A stretch of DNA of 64,000 nucleotides from Spirochaetota bacterium (GTDB lineage Bacteria; Spirochaetota; Spirochaetia; DTKZ01), in the NCBI GenBank assembly GCA_026418195.1, contig JAOABU010000097.1:3997-67996 (forward strand), given 5' to 3'. Position numbers and translations under genes: made by a program. Numbering within the stretch: position 1 is the first letter of the stretch; every line of letters begins with the position of its first letter. The notes below the pieces were generated by a model, which worked only from the letters and a program-made list of their open reading frames with translations, was not told where the DNA came from and made no database searches. Below are positions 36,986 to 46,531 of the stretch, piece after piece.

Positions 36986-37789
36986 TTACCGTTCCCCCAA
37001 CGCTTGTATTGCATTCTGAAGGGTTTCTCGAGCAGAGCGATCTAAGAATAAGGTATCCATGCTCAATCCAATAAAGGTGAATCCCTCTTCAATGGTAGCT
37101 CGAAGGGAAGCCTTATCCGATTGCACTACATGGATACCCGCTGCTTTATGCACCTTCTGGCAAGCTTCCAATACTTTCTGCCTAGCTTTCGTCATGAGCG
37201 GATCTGCCAACTTCCCTGGAATCCCATAGGAAAGGCTCAGGTCATAGGGACCAATAAAAACCCCATCTACTCCCTCTACTCGAAGGATGGCATCGATGGA
37301 TTCTACGGCTTCTTTTGTTTCGATCATCACCATCACGATCCCTTCCCGATTGGCATGTTCCATGTATTCGGTAAACGTGAGGCCATAATCGTTCCCCCGG
37401 AAAAAGGCAGTTCCACGGATCCCTTGGGGTGGAAACTTAGCCGCAGCTACGGCCCTCCGTGCTTCCTCTGCAGAGTTCACTAGCGGTACGATCACTCCCC
37501 ATGCTCCAGAATCCAGGACTTGCCGGATGGCAAGGGTGTCGTTCTCCCGTACACGAGCGAGGGGGATTGTGCCTAAGGGGGCAGGCCCGCGACCGTACAT
37601 CCCCCGAGCCGCATCCGTGAAGTCCCTTACATCCATATCTGAGTGTTCCATATCGAGGGCGATCCAATCGAAGCCAACCTGAGAAAGGATTTCCGCTACT
37701 CCTGGATGTCCGATCTGCATCCAGGAACCAAAACTGACTTCTCCTCTTTTCAGTTTCTGTTTCACAGGGTTTATCGTGTTCAAACTCAT
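36986..37789 (-). CDS. HpcH/HpaI-family 2-keto-3-deoxy-acid aldolase
   Basis: GSWMQIGHPGVAEIL...DWIALDMEHS pattern. AAGGAGG SD 5 nt before the ATG at 37789 (the listed GTG at 37807 is less likely). Confidence 0.75.
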   Translation of the reverse strand: MSLNTINPVKQKLKRGEVSFGSWMQIGHPGVAEILSQVGFDWIALDMEHSDMDVRDFTDAARGMYGRGPAPLGTIPLARVRENDTLAIRQVLDSGAWGVIVPLVNSAEEARRAVAAAKFPPQGIRGTAFFRGNDYGLTFTEYMEHANREGIVMVMIETKEAVESIDAILRVEGVDGVFIGPYDLSLSYGIPGKLADPLMTKARQKVLEACQKVHKAAGIHVVQSDKASLRATIEEGFTFIGLSMDTLFLDRSARETLQNAIQALGER

Positions 37790-37946
37790 TTGGTCCTCCT
37801 TAGACACAATGAGGGCAAACTTGGGCGAGTTTCAGGATGCAGTTTCCTGGTATACGGGATAGTAGCTAATTTCTGGCATGGGAGTACTCGTTCCGATGTA
37901 TCGTAACGGAATATCCCAGGATGATCAAGGATTTTGATGAAAAATC

Positions 37947-37975
37947 TTGACCCGTAAAATGGTTTCTTTTATTCT
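37947..37975 (+). promoter_or_regulatory. sigma70-like promoter of mgtE
   Basis: TTGACC, 17-nt spacer, TATTCT. It predicts a 5' leader of about 150 nt. Confidence 0.5.
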
Positions 37976-37994
37976 ATGGATTGATGGATATTGA

Positions 37995-38126
37995 AGGCAG
38001 TACAGGTAGGTATCTGATTCTCGGCACCAACCAGCTCCTTTGGGTGAACCTTTCGACGGATAGAATTTAATTCTTTCTACGAAGGCCGTTCTCCCGGAGG
38101 GGCTAACAGGTCCTGTTGATGGGAGG
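37995..38126 (+). promoter_or_regulatory. structured mgtE leader, possible M-box (Mg2+) riboswitch
   Basis: The closing helix ACAGG (38002-06) / CCTGT (38112-16) brackets UAGGU..., GGGUGAAC, UCGACGGAUAG and GCUAACAGG segments that are reminiscent of M-box conserved blocks. UCUCCC (38090-95) can pair with the SD GGGAGG (38121-26). Confidence 0.35.
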
Positions 38127-38132
38127 CGGCGT

Positions 38133-39512
38133 ATGAAATCCACACTACTGAAACCAGAACTCGAAGAACTCTTGGAAAAAAAGGACTATCCTGCAATAAA
38201 AGAGTTTTGCGAGGAAGAGCACCCCGAAATCGTTGCCGAGATGTTGGGAAGTTTGGAAATCCCCAAGGTCTGGCAAGTTCTCACCCTTCTGAGCATCGAT
38301 CGAAGGGCGAATATCTTTAGCCGCCTGGACGAGGATATTCAGGAGGAATTGGCCGATTTCATTTCCCGTAAGGATCTGGCTCTTATCATATCAGAAATGC
38401 CTGCCGACGATCGGGTAGACCTTCTTCGTCGTTTCCCTGAGGAGAAACGGGAACCAATTCTTTCCGCCATTGCCCATGCGGAACGGGAAGATATTCGGAG
38501 ATTATTTGGGTACAAGGAGGGAACTGCCGGAGCGGTGATGACTTCCGAGTATGTTACTCTAAAACCAACCCAGACAGTTTCCGAGGCTATCGCGGCCATT
38601 CGCAGGGACGCATTGAACAAGGAAACCGTGTACTATGCCTACATCATCGACGAACAACGAAAACTCGTGGGGTTCGTGAGTCTCCGTGACCTGATTCTTT
38701 CTGATCCGAATGCGTTGATTCAGGATATCATGCACGAGGAGGTAATTTCTGTAAAAGTGGACGAGGACCAGGAAGTGGCTGCCCGGACGATCCAAAAGTA
38801 CGACCTAATCGCATTACCGGTGGTGGACGAACATGGGGTACTAGTGGGGATCATTACCCATGACGATGCTGTGGATATCATCACCCAGGAACAGACCGAA
38901 GACATGGAAAAATTGATGGCCATTACGGGTTCCCATGAGGCCGAAGGGTACATGAAAACCTCCAGTTGGGAACACTTCAAACGACGGGTCGTATGGGTAG
39001 TCGCTCTTGCAGCCTTGGGGTTGGTGTCTGGTTCCATTATTCATTCGTTCGAAGATACCCTCATGAAACTGATGATTCTAGCCCTTTATATGCCCATGGT
39101 GGCGGATACAGGGGGAAACACGGGGAGCCAAACCGCTACGGTAGTGGTTCGGGCCCTTGCTCTTCGGGAAATCGGTCCCAAAGATTTCTTCAAGATTTTA
39201 TTCAAGGAGATCCGAATCGCCTTACTTCTAGGTTTAATTCTGGGCCTCTTTGCCTTTGGGAAAGTCCTTTTCCTGTCCCAAGGGACCTACATTCCACCGG
39301 GCTTCTCTCTAGACCGAATCGGACTGGCTATTGCGGTAGCTTTGGGATTACAGGTAGTCTCTTCTGCTGTCGTAGGAGCAAGTCTTCCACTATTGGCAGC
39401 TTTCATGAAGGTAGACCCAGCAGTGGTGGCAAGTCCAGCCCTCACTACGGTGGTGGATGTCACAGGACTTTTGATATACTTTACTTCTGCTAAGTACATA
39501 CTGGGGTTGTAG
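38133..39512 (+). CDS. mgtE: magnesium transporter MgtE
   Basis: N-domain, CBS pair and TM domain with the ADTGGNTGSQ motif. Confidence 0.9.
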   Translation: MKSTLLKPELEELLEKKDYPAIKEFCEEEHPEIVAEMLGSLEIPKVWQVLTLLSIDRRANIFSRLDEDIQEELADFISRKDLALIISEMPADDRVDLLRRFPEEKREPILSAIAHAEREDIRRLFGYKEGTAGAVMTSEYVTLKPTQTVSEAIAAIRRDALNKETVYYAYIIDEQRKLVGFVSLRDLILSDPNALIQDIMHEEVISVKVDEDQEVAARTIQKYDLIALPVVDEHGVLVGIITHDDAVDIITQEQTEDMEKLMAITGSHEAEGYMKTSSWEHFKRRVVWVVALAALGLVSGSIIHSFEDTLMKLMILALYMPMVADTGGNTGSQTATVVVRALALREIGPKDFFKILFKEIRIALLLGLILGLFAFGKVLFLSQGTYIPPGFSLDRIGLAIAVALGLQVVSSAVVGASLPLLAAFMKVDPAVVASPALTTVVDVTGLLIYFTSAKYILGL

Positions 39513-39530
39513 GGAGGGGCCGAAGGCACT

Positions 39531-40475
39531 ATGGGATCAGAGAAAAGAGATTTGATTATGGTCGTAGGAAGCGCGAATGTGGATTATATCATGCGGGTTC
39601 CCCATTTGCCCCAGAGGGGCGAGACAGTGGCAGGATCCGGGTTTTCTCAGACCTTTGGTGGGAAGGGGGCAAATCAAGCCGTAGCCGCTGCTAGATCCGG
39701 GGGCAAAGTCGTTCTGGTTTGTTCCCTTGGAGGAGATGCTCTTTCGAACCGAATGCTTGCGGGTTTTCAGAAGGATGGAATCCAAACGGATTACCTGGTG
39801 CAGACACCGGATGCGTACAGTGGTACAGCCCTTATTCTGATCGATCCAGAGGGGAACAACTGTATTGCAGCGGATCCGGGAGCGAACTATCTCCTTACCC
39901 CTCAACAGATAGATAGGATCGAACCACTTCTTCCCCGAACTGCTGTCCTGCTGGTGCAGTACGAGATTCCCCCTGAAACTGTGGCTCGATCGTTGGAGTT
40001 GGCGACCACACATGGAGTCCGTACGATTTGGAACTTTGCTCCAGCCCATTCGTTTCCCTTTATGGAAAAATTTACTCAATCCGACCTCCTGATCGTGAAT
40101 GAAACAGAGGCAGGATTTCTGGCTGGGATGAATCCTCCGGAATCGGATGCAGATACAGTGGAAGCCTTGTACCGTATGCATGAGCTGGGGGCAGAGACAA
40201 TTATCCTGACTCGGGGGGTGAAGGGTTCCAGTGTGTTATCGGAGGGGAGGGTAGTCCATATGGAAGCGTTCCCCGTGAAAGCGGTAGATACTACTGCCGC
40301 TGGGGATGTGTTCTGTGGAACCCTGGCTGTTGGTCTATCAGAAGGGAAACCATTACTGGAAGCGGTCCGATTCGCTTCAGCTGCTTCGGCCATTTCGGTT
40401 ACCCGTTGGGGTGCTCAACCTTCCGCTCCCTACAGGCCTGAGATCGAGGAATTCCTAACATCTCGTTTGTCATGA
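39531..40475 (+). CDS. rbsK: ribokinase (PfkB family)
   Basis: GGKGANQAVAAAR and DTTAAGDVFCG motifs. Confidence 0.85.
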   Translation: MGSEKRDLIMVVGSANVDYIMRVPHLPQRGETVAGSGFSQTFGGKGANQAVAAARSGGKVVLVCSLGGDALSNRMLAGFQKDGIQTDYLVQTPDAYSGTALILIDPEGNNCIAADPGANYLLTPQQIDRIEPLLPRTAVLLVQYEIPPETVARSLELATTHGVRTIWNFAPAHSFPFMEKFTQSDLLIVNETEAGFLAGMNPPESDADTVEALYRMHELGAETIILTRGVKGSSVLSEGRVVHMEAFPVKAVDTTAAGDVFCGTLAVGLSEGKPLLEAVRFASAASAISVTRWGAQPSAPYRPEIEEFLTSRLS

Positions 40476-40530
40476 TTGAGAATCCCTTACCCGATGGTTC
40501 TGGCATGGTTTATCATGCTATACTTACGCC

Positions 40531-42507
40531 ATGAGCAATTGGACGGGATACGAGAACTTTGGGTTTTTCAAGGTAGCAGTCGCTTCGCCTCGAGTGATGC
40601 CTGCTGACCCAGCTGCTAACGTAAGCTTCCTCCTCGACGCGATGAAGGAAGCTGAGAAACAGGGGGCCAGGCTCCTCGTACTCCCCGAGCTCTGTATAAC
40701 GGGCTATACCTGTGGGGATCTGTTTCATCAGCAAGTGTTACTGGAGGCCGCAGAATCAGGAATCCGCTCGATTCTCGCTCAAACCGCCGATTTTTCTCTC
40801 ATTACGATTCTAGGAGCCCCAGTTCCTGTGGGTAATCGTCTTTACAATGCGGGAATCGTAATTCAAGAAGGTAAGATCCTAGGGATCGTGCCAAAGCAAT
40901 TCTTGCCGAACTATAAAGAGTTCTATGAAGAGCGTTGGTTCTCCTCTGGGGTCGGAACCGAGGGAATGAGCGTTTGGTACGCGGGTTCCCAGGTCCCCTT
41001 TGGTAGGGATCTTCTCTTTCGCTCAGAGGAAGATCCCCGATTCACCTTTGGGTTGGAGATCTGTGAGGATCTCTGGTCAGTGAGTCCACCAAGTGCCGAG
41101 TTAGCACGTGAAGGAGCCCTGATCCTATGCAACCTTTCCGCCAGCAACGAAGTGATTGGGAAGAACCTGTATCGACGGGACCTGGTCCGGATGCAGTCGG
41201 CTCGATGCGTGGCAGCCTATCTGTATGCAGGAAGTGGAGTATTGGAATCCACCACGGATCTCGTGTTCGGAGGGTCTACCTTCATTGCAGAGAATGGGGT
41301 AATTCTGGCAGAAGGGAAGAGGTTCTCCCGGGAACTGGAACTAGTGGTGATGGAGGTGGATCTGGATCGGCTTCTAGCAGAGCGACGGATGTTGACCCCC
41401 TTCATGGATCGGGAATCACCTTCCAAGACATTCCCCTATCGGATCGTTCCGGTTCTTGCAGGACGGAAAGGATCTGCCAGACGTATGGGGCAGATCCCAT
41501 TTCTTCGCTGGATCGATCCTCACCCCTTCGTACCTTCTAATCCTGCGGAACGGGATGAACGGTGCGAAGAGATATTCTCCATCCAGATCGCAGGCTTGGC
41601 TAAACGGATGGAACACACCAGGAGCGGAACAGCGATAGTTGGAATTTCCGGAGGTTTAGATTCCACCTTGGCCCTTCTGGTAACGGTGCGGACCTTCGAC
41701 CTGTTAAAGATCCCCCGCAAGCGGATACTGGCTGTAACGATGCCAGGATTTGGAACCACGGATCATACATACCAGAACGCCCTCCAGTTGATGAGCTCGC
41801 TTGGGGTAGACATCAGGGAGATCGATATCAAAGATGCCTGCCTGAAACATTTCGAAGACATCGGGCATGATCCCAACGAGCACGACACAACCTACGAAAA
41901 CGTGCAAGCTCGGGAACGGACCCAGATCCTGATGGATCTGGCGAACAAACACAAAGGATTGGTGGTAGGAACCGGCGATCTCTCCGAGCTTGCATTAGGA
42001 TGGTGTACCTACAATGGAGACCATATGTCCATGTATGGAGTGAACAGTGGGGTTCCCAAGACGTTGGTCCGATATCTGGTGCAATGGATCGCGGATCATG
42101 CAATAGAGGGTTCTACCCGAGAGGTGCTTCATCGTATCCTCGCTACTCCCATTACTCCTGAATTGTTGCCACCAGACCCCAAGGGCAGGATCCAGCAGAA
42201 AACAGAGGATATCATAGGGCCCTATGAACTCCACGATTTCTATCTGTACCACTTCCTTCGGTACGGTGCCCCTCCTGATAAAATCCTATTCTTAGCAGGA
42301 GTTGCCTTTCAGGATCGGTACGATGAGAACACCCTTCGAAAATGGCTCAAGGTATTCCTTCGAAGGTTTTTCAGCCAGCAGTATAAGCGATCTTGCGTCC
42401 CCGATGGCCCTAAGGTGGGAAGTATCAACCTCTCCCCCCGAGGGGATTGGAGGATGCCCAGCGATGCATCGGTGGAAGCGTGGCTTGCTCGAGGGTTACT
42501 CGAATAA
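40531..42507 (+). CDS. nadE: glutamine-dependent NAD+ synthetase
   Basis: N-terminal CN-hydrolase domain (LPELCITGY) and a synthetase domain with GISGGLDST. Confidence 0.85.
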   Translation: MSNWTGYENFGFFKVAVASPRVMPADPAANVSFLLDAMKEAEKQGARLLVLPELCITGYTCGDLFHQQVLLEAAESGIRSILAQTADFSLITILGAPVPVGNRLYNAGIVIQEGKILGIVPKQFLPNYKEFYEERWFSSGVGTEGMSVWYAGSQVPFGRDLLFRSEEDPRFTFGLEICEDLWSVSPPSAELAREGALILCNLSASNEVIGKNLYRRDLVRMQSARCVAAYLYAGSGVLESTTDLVFGGSTFIAENGVILAEGKRFSRELELVVMEVDLDRLLAERRMLTPFMDRESPSKTFPYRIVPVLAGRKGSARRMGQIPFLRWIDPHPFVPSNPAERDERCEEIFSIQIAGLAKRMEHTRSGTAIVGISGGLDSTLALLVTVRTFDLLKIPRKRILAVTMPGFGTTDHTYQNALQLMSSLGVDIREIDIKDACLKHFEDIGHDPNEHDTTYENVQARERTQILMDLANKHKGLVVGTGDLSELALGWCTYNGDHMSMYGVNSGVPKTLVRYLVQWIADHAIEGSTREVLHRILATPITPELLPPDPKGRIQQKTEDIIGPYELHDFYLYHFLRYGAPPDKILFLAGVAFQDRYDENTLRKWLKVFLRRFFSQQYKRSCVPDGPKVGSINLSPRGDWRMPSDASVEAWLARGLLE

Positions 42508-45219
42508 AAGCCTCCGTAGCACGGTAGGGAGAATTCCTCCGTTCCGATAATACTCTACCTCTACGGAACTATCCAGTCGACAGAGGACACGGAACTTTTT
42601 CGCTTTTTTCTCCCGGGAGATGACGGAAACCTCAAGTTCCTGTCCAGGCTGTATCTTGTCAGAGATAGGGATTGAATATAGTTCGGTTCCTTCCAATCCG
42701 ACGGCCTCACGGTTCTGCCCGGGAAGGAATTGAAGGGGCAGGACTCCCATCCCTACGAGGTTGCTCCGATGGATCCGCTCGAAGGTTTCGGCAATGACAG
42801 CCCGAACACCCAGCAGCATCACTCCTTTGGCTGCCCAATCCCGGCTTGATCCCATCCCGTAGTCTTTTCCTGCCAGAATGATGGTAGGGGTGCCTTCTTT
42901 CTGGTATCGGAGAGCCACAGAGTAGATATCAGCTGTTTCCCCACTAGGAATATGGACGGTCACACTCCCTTCGGCTCCCGGAACCAGAAGGTTCCTAAAA
43001 CGGGGGTTGGCAAAGGTTCCTCGGGTCATCACCCGATCATTACCCCGCCGAGCCCCGTAGGAGTTGAAATCCTTGGGTGACACACCCAATTCCAGGAGAT
43101 ACTTTCCTGCAGGGCTAGAAGGCGAGATAGATCCAGCGGGGCTTATATGGTCGGTAGTAATACTGTCCCCAGCTATCACCAGTACTCTTGCATTTTCTAT
43201 GGGTCGGATGGGTTGCACCTTTTTAGAAAGGTTTTGGAAGAAGGGGGGTTCTTGGATATAGGTACTGGAGGCATCCCATTCATATAGACTCGCTCCTTTT
43301 ATAGGAATGGCATTCCATAGGGAGTTGGCGGTTTCGATTCCTTCGTACGCAGATCGGAACGAGCCTATAGTGCGATTCATTAGGGATATGATCTCTTCGT
43401 CTTGTGGCCAAAGGTCTCGCAGATAGATGGCTTTGTCTGTACCGCAGTAGCCGATGGGTTCTTTTTCCCAGTCGATGTCGATCCTTCCAGCTAGAGCGTA
43501 GGCCACTACTAGAGGAGGAGAGGCTAGAAAATTGGCTCGGGTGAGGGGATGGACTCTTCCTTCGAAATTCCGGTTTCCAGATAGAACCGATACAGCTACA
43601 ATTCCTCCTTCAGCGATAGCCCGACTGATGGCTTCGGGTATCGGTCCAGAGTTCCCGATACAGGTGGTACACCCATACCCTACTACATGGAATCCAAGTC
43701 GCTCTAGGTACGGCAACAGGCCAGTAGATTCCAAGTATCGGGTAACCACTCGGGAACCTGGGGCAAGACTTGTCTTTACCCATGGTTTAGGTTCCAGCCC
43801 TAATTCCACTGCTTTACGGGCTAAAAGCCCAGCAGCCAGCATCACAGAAGGATTGCTCGTATTGGTACAGCTGGTGATGGAAGCGATCACTACCGCTCCA
43901 TGGCCGATTTCCCTTTTTCCTTTTCCCGAAACTTCAAAAGAGGCCTTTTTATTTAGTTCCTCCTTAGTAAGACCGTATCCCCGTTTTTCCACAGGCCGCA
44001 TAAGAGTTTCCTTCCATTCCTTCTGGATGGAACGAAGGGCGATTCGATCCTGAGGGCGTTTAGGTCCTGATATGGATGGTTCGATAGAGGAAAGATCTAG
44101 TTCCAAAACCTTTTCATAGAGAAGCTCTTCCGACTGTTCGATGTTCATGAGCCCCTGAACGGAGAGGTACTGTTCCGCCAAATTCACTAAGGAGGATGGC
44201 CTACCCGTATCTCTCAAATACTGCAAGGATCGTTCATCCGGTGGGAAGAATCCCATGGTGGCACCGTATTCGGGTGCCATGTTGGACAATGTAGCCCTGT
44301 CTGGAATAGATAGGGATCGGGCTCCAGGACCAATGAACTCCACGAACTTATCAACTACCCCTTCTGCACGAAGCATCTGAGTGAGGGTAAGTACTAGGTC
44401 CGTTGCGGTGACACCGGATCGTAAGGATCCGATCAGACGTACCGCTACTACCGGAGGAGCAACCATATACAGGGGCTGGCCCAGCATGGTAGCTTCTGCT
44501 TCAATTCCTCCTACTCCCCATCCCAGAACTCCCAACCCGTTGATCATGGTGGTATGGCTGTCAGTCCCAACGACGGAATCAGGATATACCAGGGTACCCT
44601 GGGGTGTTTCCAGGGTCCGTACCAGAGTAGCGAGGTATTCCAAATTCACCTGGTGGCAGATGCCTCCCCCTGGAGGGACTACCTTGAAATTTTGAAATGC
44701 CTTCTGCCCCCATCGGAGGAACTCGTACCGTTCCCGGTTCCGTTCGAATTCGATCTTAAGGTTTTCTTCGGCTGCATCTCGGCGACCCCATACATCCACT
44801 TGAAGGGAATGGTCGATCACCAATTCAACCGGAATCTGCGGGTTGATTCGCGAGGGATCCCCTCCTAAGCGAGCTACTGCTGCACGCATGGCTGCAAGGT
44901 CTACTACACAGGGGACTCCGGTGAAATCCTGTAGGAGAACTCGAGCAGGATTGAACGGAACTTCGATCGCGGATGGGACGGTAGGATCATAGGAGAGAAA
45001 GTTCTCGATATCCTTTTTTGTCACCTCGTTTCCGTTTTCCGAGCGAAGGACTGACTCAAGCAGGATCCTTATAGAGAATGGGAACCTACGAATTTGAGGA
45101 AACTTCTCGGATAGTTTAGATAGGCTCGGATATAAAACCTCCTTCCCTTCAAAGGAAAGACGGGACAAACAGGAGAAGGAATCCTTAGGCAACCGGTTGA
45201 AAGAACGGGTGTTGGACAT
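42496..45219 (-). CDS. acnA: aconitate hydratase A
   Basis: About 900 aa aconitase with a TSCTNTSNP / CTTCIGNSG cluster-ligand context. GGAGG SD before the ATG at 45219. Confidence 0.9.
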   Translation of the reverse strand: MSNTRSFNRLPKDSFSCLSRLSFEGKEVLYPSLSKLSEKFPQIRRFPFSIRILLESVLRSENGNEVTKKDIENFLSYDPTVPSAIEVPFNPARVLLQDFTGVPCVVDLAAMRAAVARLGGDPSRINPQIPVELVIDHSLQVDVWGRRDAAEENLKIEFERNRERYEFLRWGQKAFQNFKVVPPGGGICHQVNLEYLATLVRTLETPQGTLVYPDSVVGTDSHTTMINGLGVLGWGVGGIEAEATMLGQPLYMVAPPVVAVRLIGSLRSGVTATDLVLTLTQMLRAEGVVDKFVEFIGPGARSLSIPDRATLSNMAPEYGATMGFFPPDERSLQYLRDTGRPSSLVNLAEQYLSVQGLMNIEQSEELLYEKVLELDLSSIEPSISGPKRPQDRIALRSIQKEWKETLMRPVEKRGYGLTKEELNKKASFEVSGKGKREIGHGAVVIASITSCTNTSNPSVMLAAGLLARKAVELGLEPKPWVKTSLAPGSRVVTRYLESTGLLPYLERLGFHVVGYGCTTCIGNSGPIPEAISRAIAEGGIVAVSVLSGNRNFEGRVHPLTRANFLASPPLVVAYALAGRIDIDWEKEPIGYCGTDKAIYLRDLWPQDEEIISLMNRTIGSFRSAYEGIETANSLWNAIPIKGASLYEWDASSTYIQEPPFFQNLSKKVQPIRPIENARVLVIAGDSITTDHISPAGSISPSSPAGKYLLELGVSPKDFNSYGARRGNDRVMTRGTFANPRFRNLLVPGAEGSVTVHIPSGETADIYSVALRYQKEGTPTIILAGKDYGMGSSRDWAAKGVMLLGVRAVIAETFERIHRSNLVGMGVLPLQFLPGQNREAVGLEGTELYSIPISDKIQPGQELEVSVISREKKAKKFRVLCRLDSSVEVEYYRNGGILPTVLRRLLFE

Positions 45220-45249
45220 ACAGCCTCCGTTGGGGAAGAATTTTCCCCA

Positions 45250-45278
45250 AGAGTAATAATAGGTATAGGGGGTGTCAA
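45250..45278 (-). promoter_or_regulatory. sigma70-like promoter of acnA
   Basis: On the minus strand: TTGACA (45278-45273), 17-nt spacer, TACTCT (45255-45250). Confidence 0.4.
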
Positions 45279-45298
45279 GCGGAGTAAAAGTTGGTACT

Positions 45299-46531
45299 AT
45301 GCATTTCATGGATACACAGGATCGTAAGACTCTCGCGGTGGTTAGTGCGGCTCATACCTTGGTGCATCTCATCGAAGGTGCCTTACCCCCTCTTATACCT
45401 TTACTGCTAGGGGTGTTTGGCACCGATTATTTTCACTTGGGATTGGTAATGTCCATTTTCTCCTACACCTTCGGGCTAGGAGCGTTTCCCTCTGGAGCGT
45501 TGGCGGATCGAGTGGGTCCTACTCGGCTTTTGATTCTGTATTTATTCGGTGCGGGCATCCTCTGCGTTTCGGTTTTATTCGTCCAGAAACTCCTTCCTTT
45601 TGCTGTCCTGATGGGATTCCTCGGTATTTTGGGTAGCTTCTACCATCCGGCTGCCAATACTATTATCAGTCTGGGAATCAAAGAACGGGGTAAAGCGTTT
45701 GGGATCAATGGGATTGCGGGAAGTCTTGGGACCTCCACAGTTCCTTTCGTGGCAGCATTCTTAGGGGCTAAATGGGGGTGGAAGTCTCCCTACATCCTAT
45801 TCGGGTTGGGTGTACTGATCGTAGGCTTTTTTGCTCTTTCCCTTCCTTCCTATCGGATGGAACCTGTTGATGAAAAGGAATCAAAGGTTTCAAAGGAAGT
45901 TCAAGGGGCTTTTTCGAAAACAGAATCCAACACTTTGCAACGGAGAACCGTTATCACTGCTTCCCTTGTGCTTTTTTACCTATCCTGTGCATTGGGTGGA
46001 ATGGGAAACCGCGGTGTTTTAACCTTCCTTCCTACCTATCTAGGGAGAGAGTTTTCTAAGGTGCTGGGGGGGCTAGATACCGTACGGGTCGGGGGGATCT
46101 TTGCTACCGTTACCCTCATCGCTGGAGCTGCGGGGCAATACATTGCAGGGGCGTTAGTAGATCGGTATAGACCGCAGAAATTGTACAGTTTTACACTCCT
46201 CATCTCGGCCTGCAGTATCCTCTTAATGGCTTTTTCCCATGGTATGCTTCTGCTTATGGGTGCAGTGGGTTTTGGGTTTTTCAGTTTTGCCATTCAACCT
46301 ATGCAAAATACGATCGTTGCTCGAATCCTTCCCAAGCAACGACAGGGGGTGGGGTATGGGTTCATGTTCTTTATGACTTTTGGAATCGGTTCTGTAGCTG
46401 CTGCATTTTCCGGATGGTTAGCCGACCGATTTGGGTTGAGTAGTGTATTCTGGGCAATGGGATTGTGTTATATAGCAGCTATGTGCACGATGTATGGGGC
46501 GGAACTGCAGGGTCAAAGGACGCAAGGGTAA
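45299..46531 (+). CDS. MFS transporter
   Basis: 12-TM-like profile with GALADRVGPTR between TM2 and TM3. The start is uncertain (45299 or 45308). Confidence 0.75.
   Translation: MHFMDTQDRKTLAVVSAAHTLVHLIEGALPPLIPLLLGVFGTDYFHLGLVMSIFSYTFGLGAFPSGALADRVGPTRLLILYLFGAGILCVSVLFVQKLLPFAVLMGFLGILGSFYHPAANTIISLGIKERGKAFGINGIAGSLGTSTVPFVAAFLGAKWGWKSPYILFGLGVLIVGFFALSLPSYRMEPVDEKESKVSKEVQGAFSKTESNTLQRRTVITASLVLFYLSCALGGMGNRGVLTFLPTYLGREFSKVLGGLDTVRVGGIFATVTLIAGAAGQYIAGALVDRYRPQKLYSFTLLISACSILLMAFSHGMLLLMGAVGFGFFSFAIQPMQNTIVARILPKQRQGVGYGFMFFMTFGIGSVAAAFSGWLADRFGLSSVFWAMGLCYIAAMCTMYGAELQGQRTQG

Noticed and set aside
35964-37789. Core-genome 2-hydroxyacid dehydrogenase plus HpcH aldolase pair, considered as a duplicate of the island's dehydrogenase/aldolase logic.
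   Set aside because: The aldolases belong to different families (HpcH versus DHDPS/NAL) and the composition matches the core genome. This is probably an ordinary keto-deoxy-acid catabolic pair rather than something unusual.
39537-40181. Long antisense or out-of-frame ORFs inside well-supported genes. Examples: 39537-40181(-) in rbsK, 26292-26930(-) in lysK, 28347-28868(-), 30119-30712(+), 38966-39493(+), 43532-44053(+) and 61680-62222(-).
   Set aside because: They are shadow ORFs, as expected in ~55% GC coding DNA. Their translations are Arg/Pro/Gly/Ser-rich and of low complexity, they have no SD, and each is fully nested in a gene with clear family motifs.
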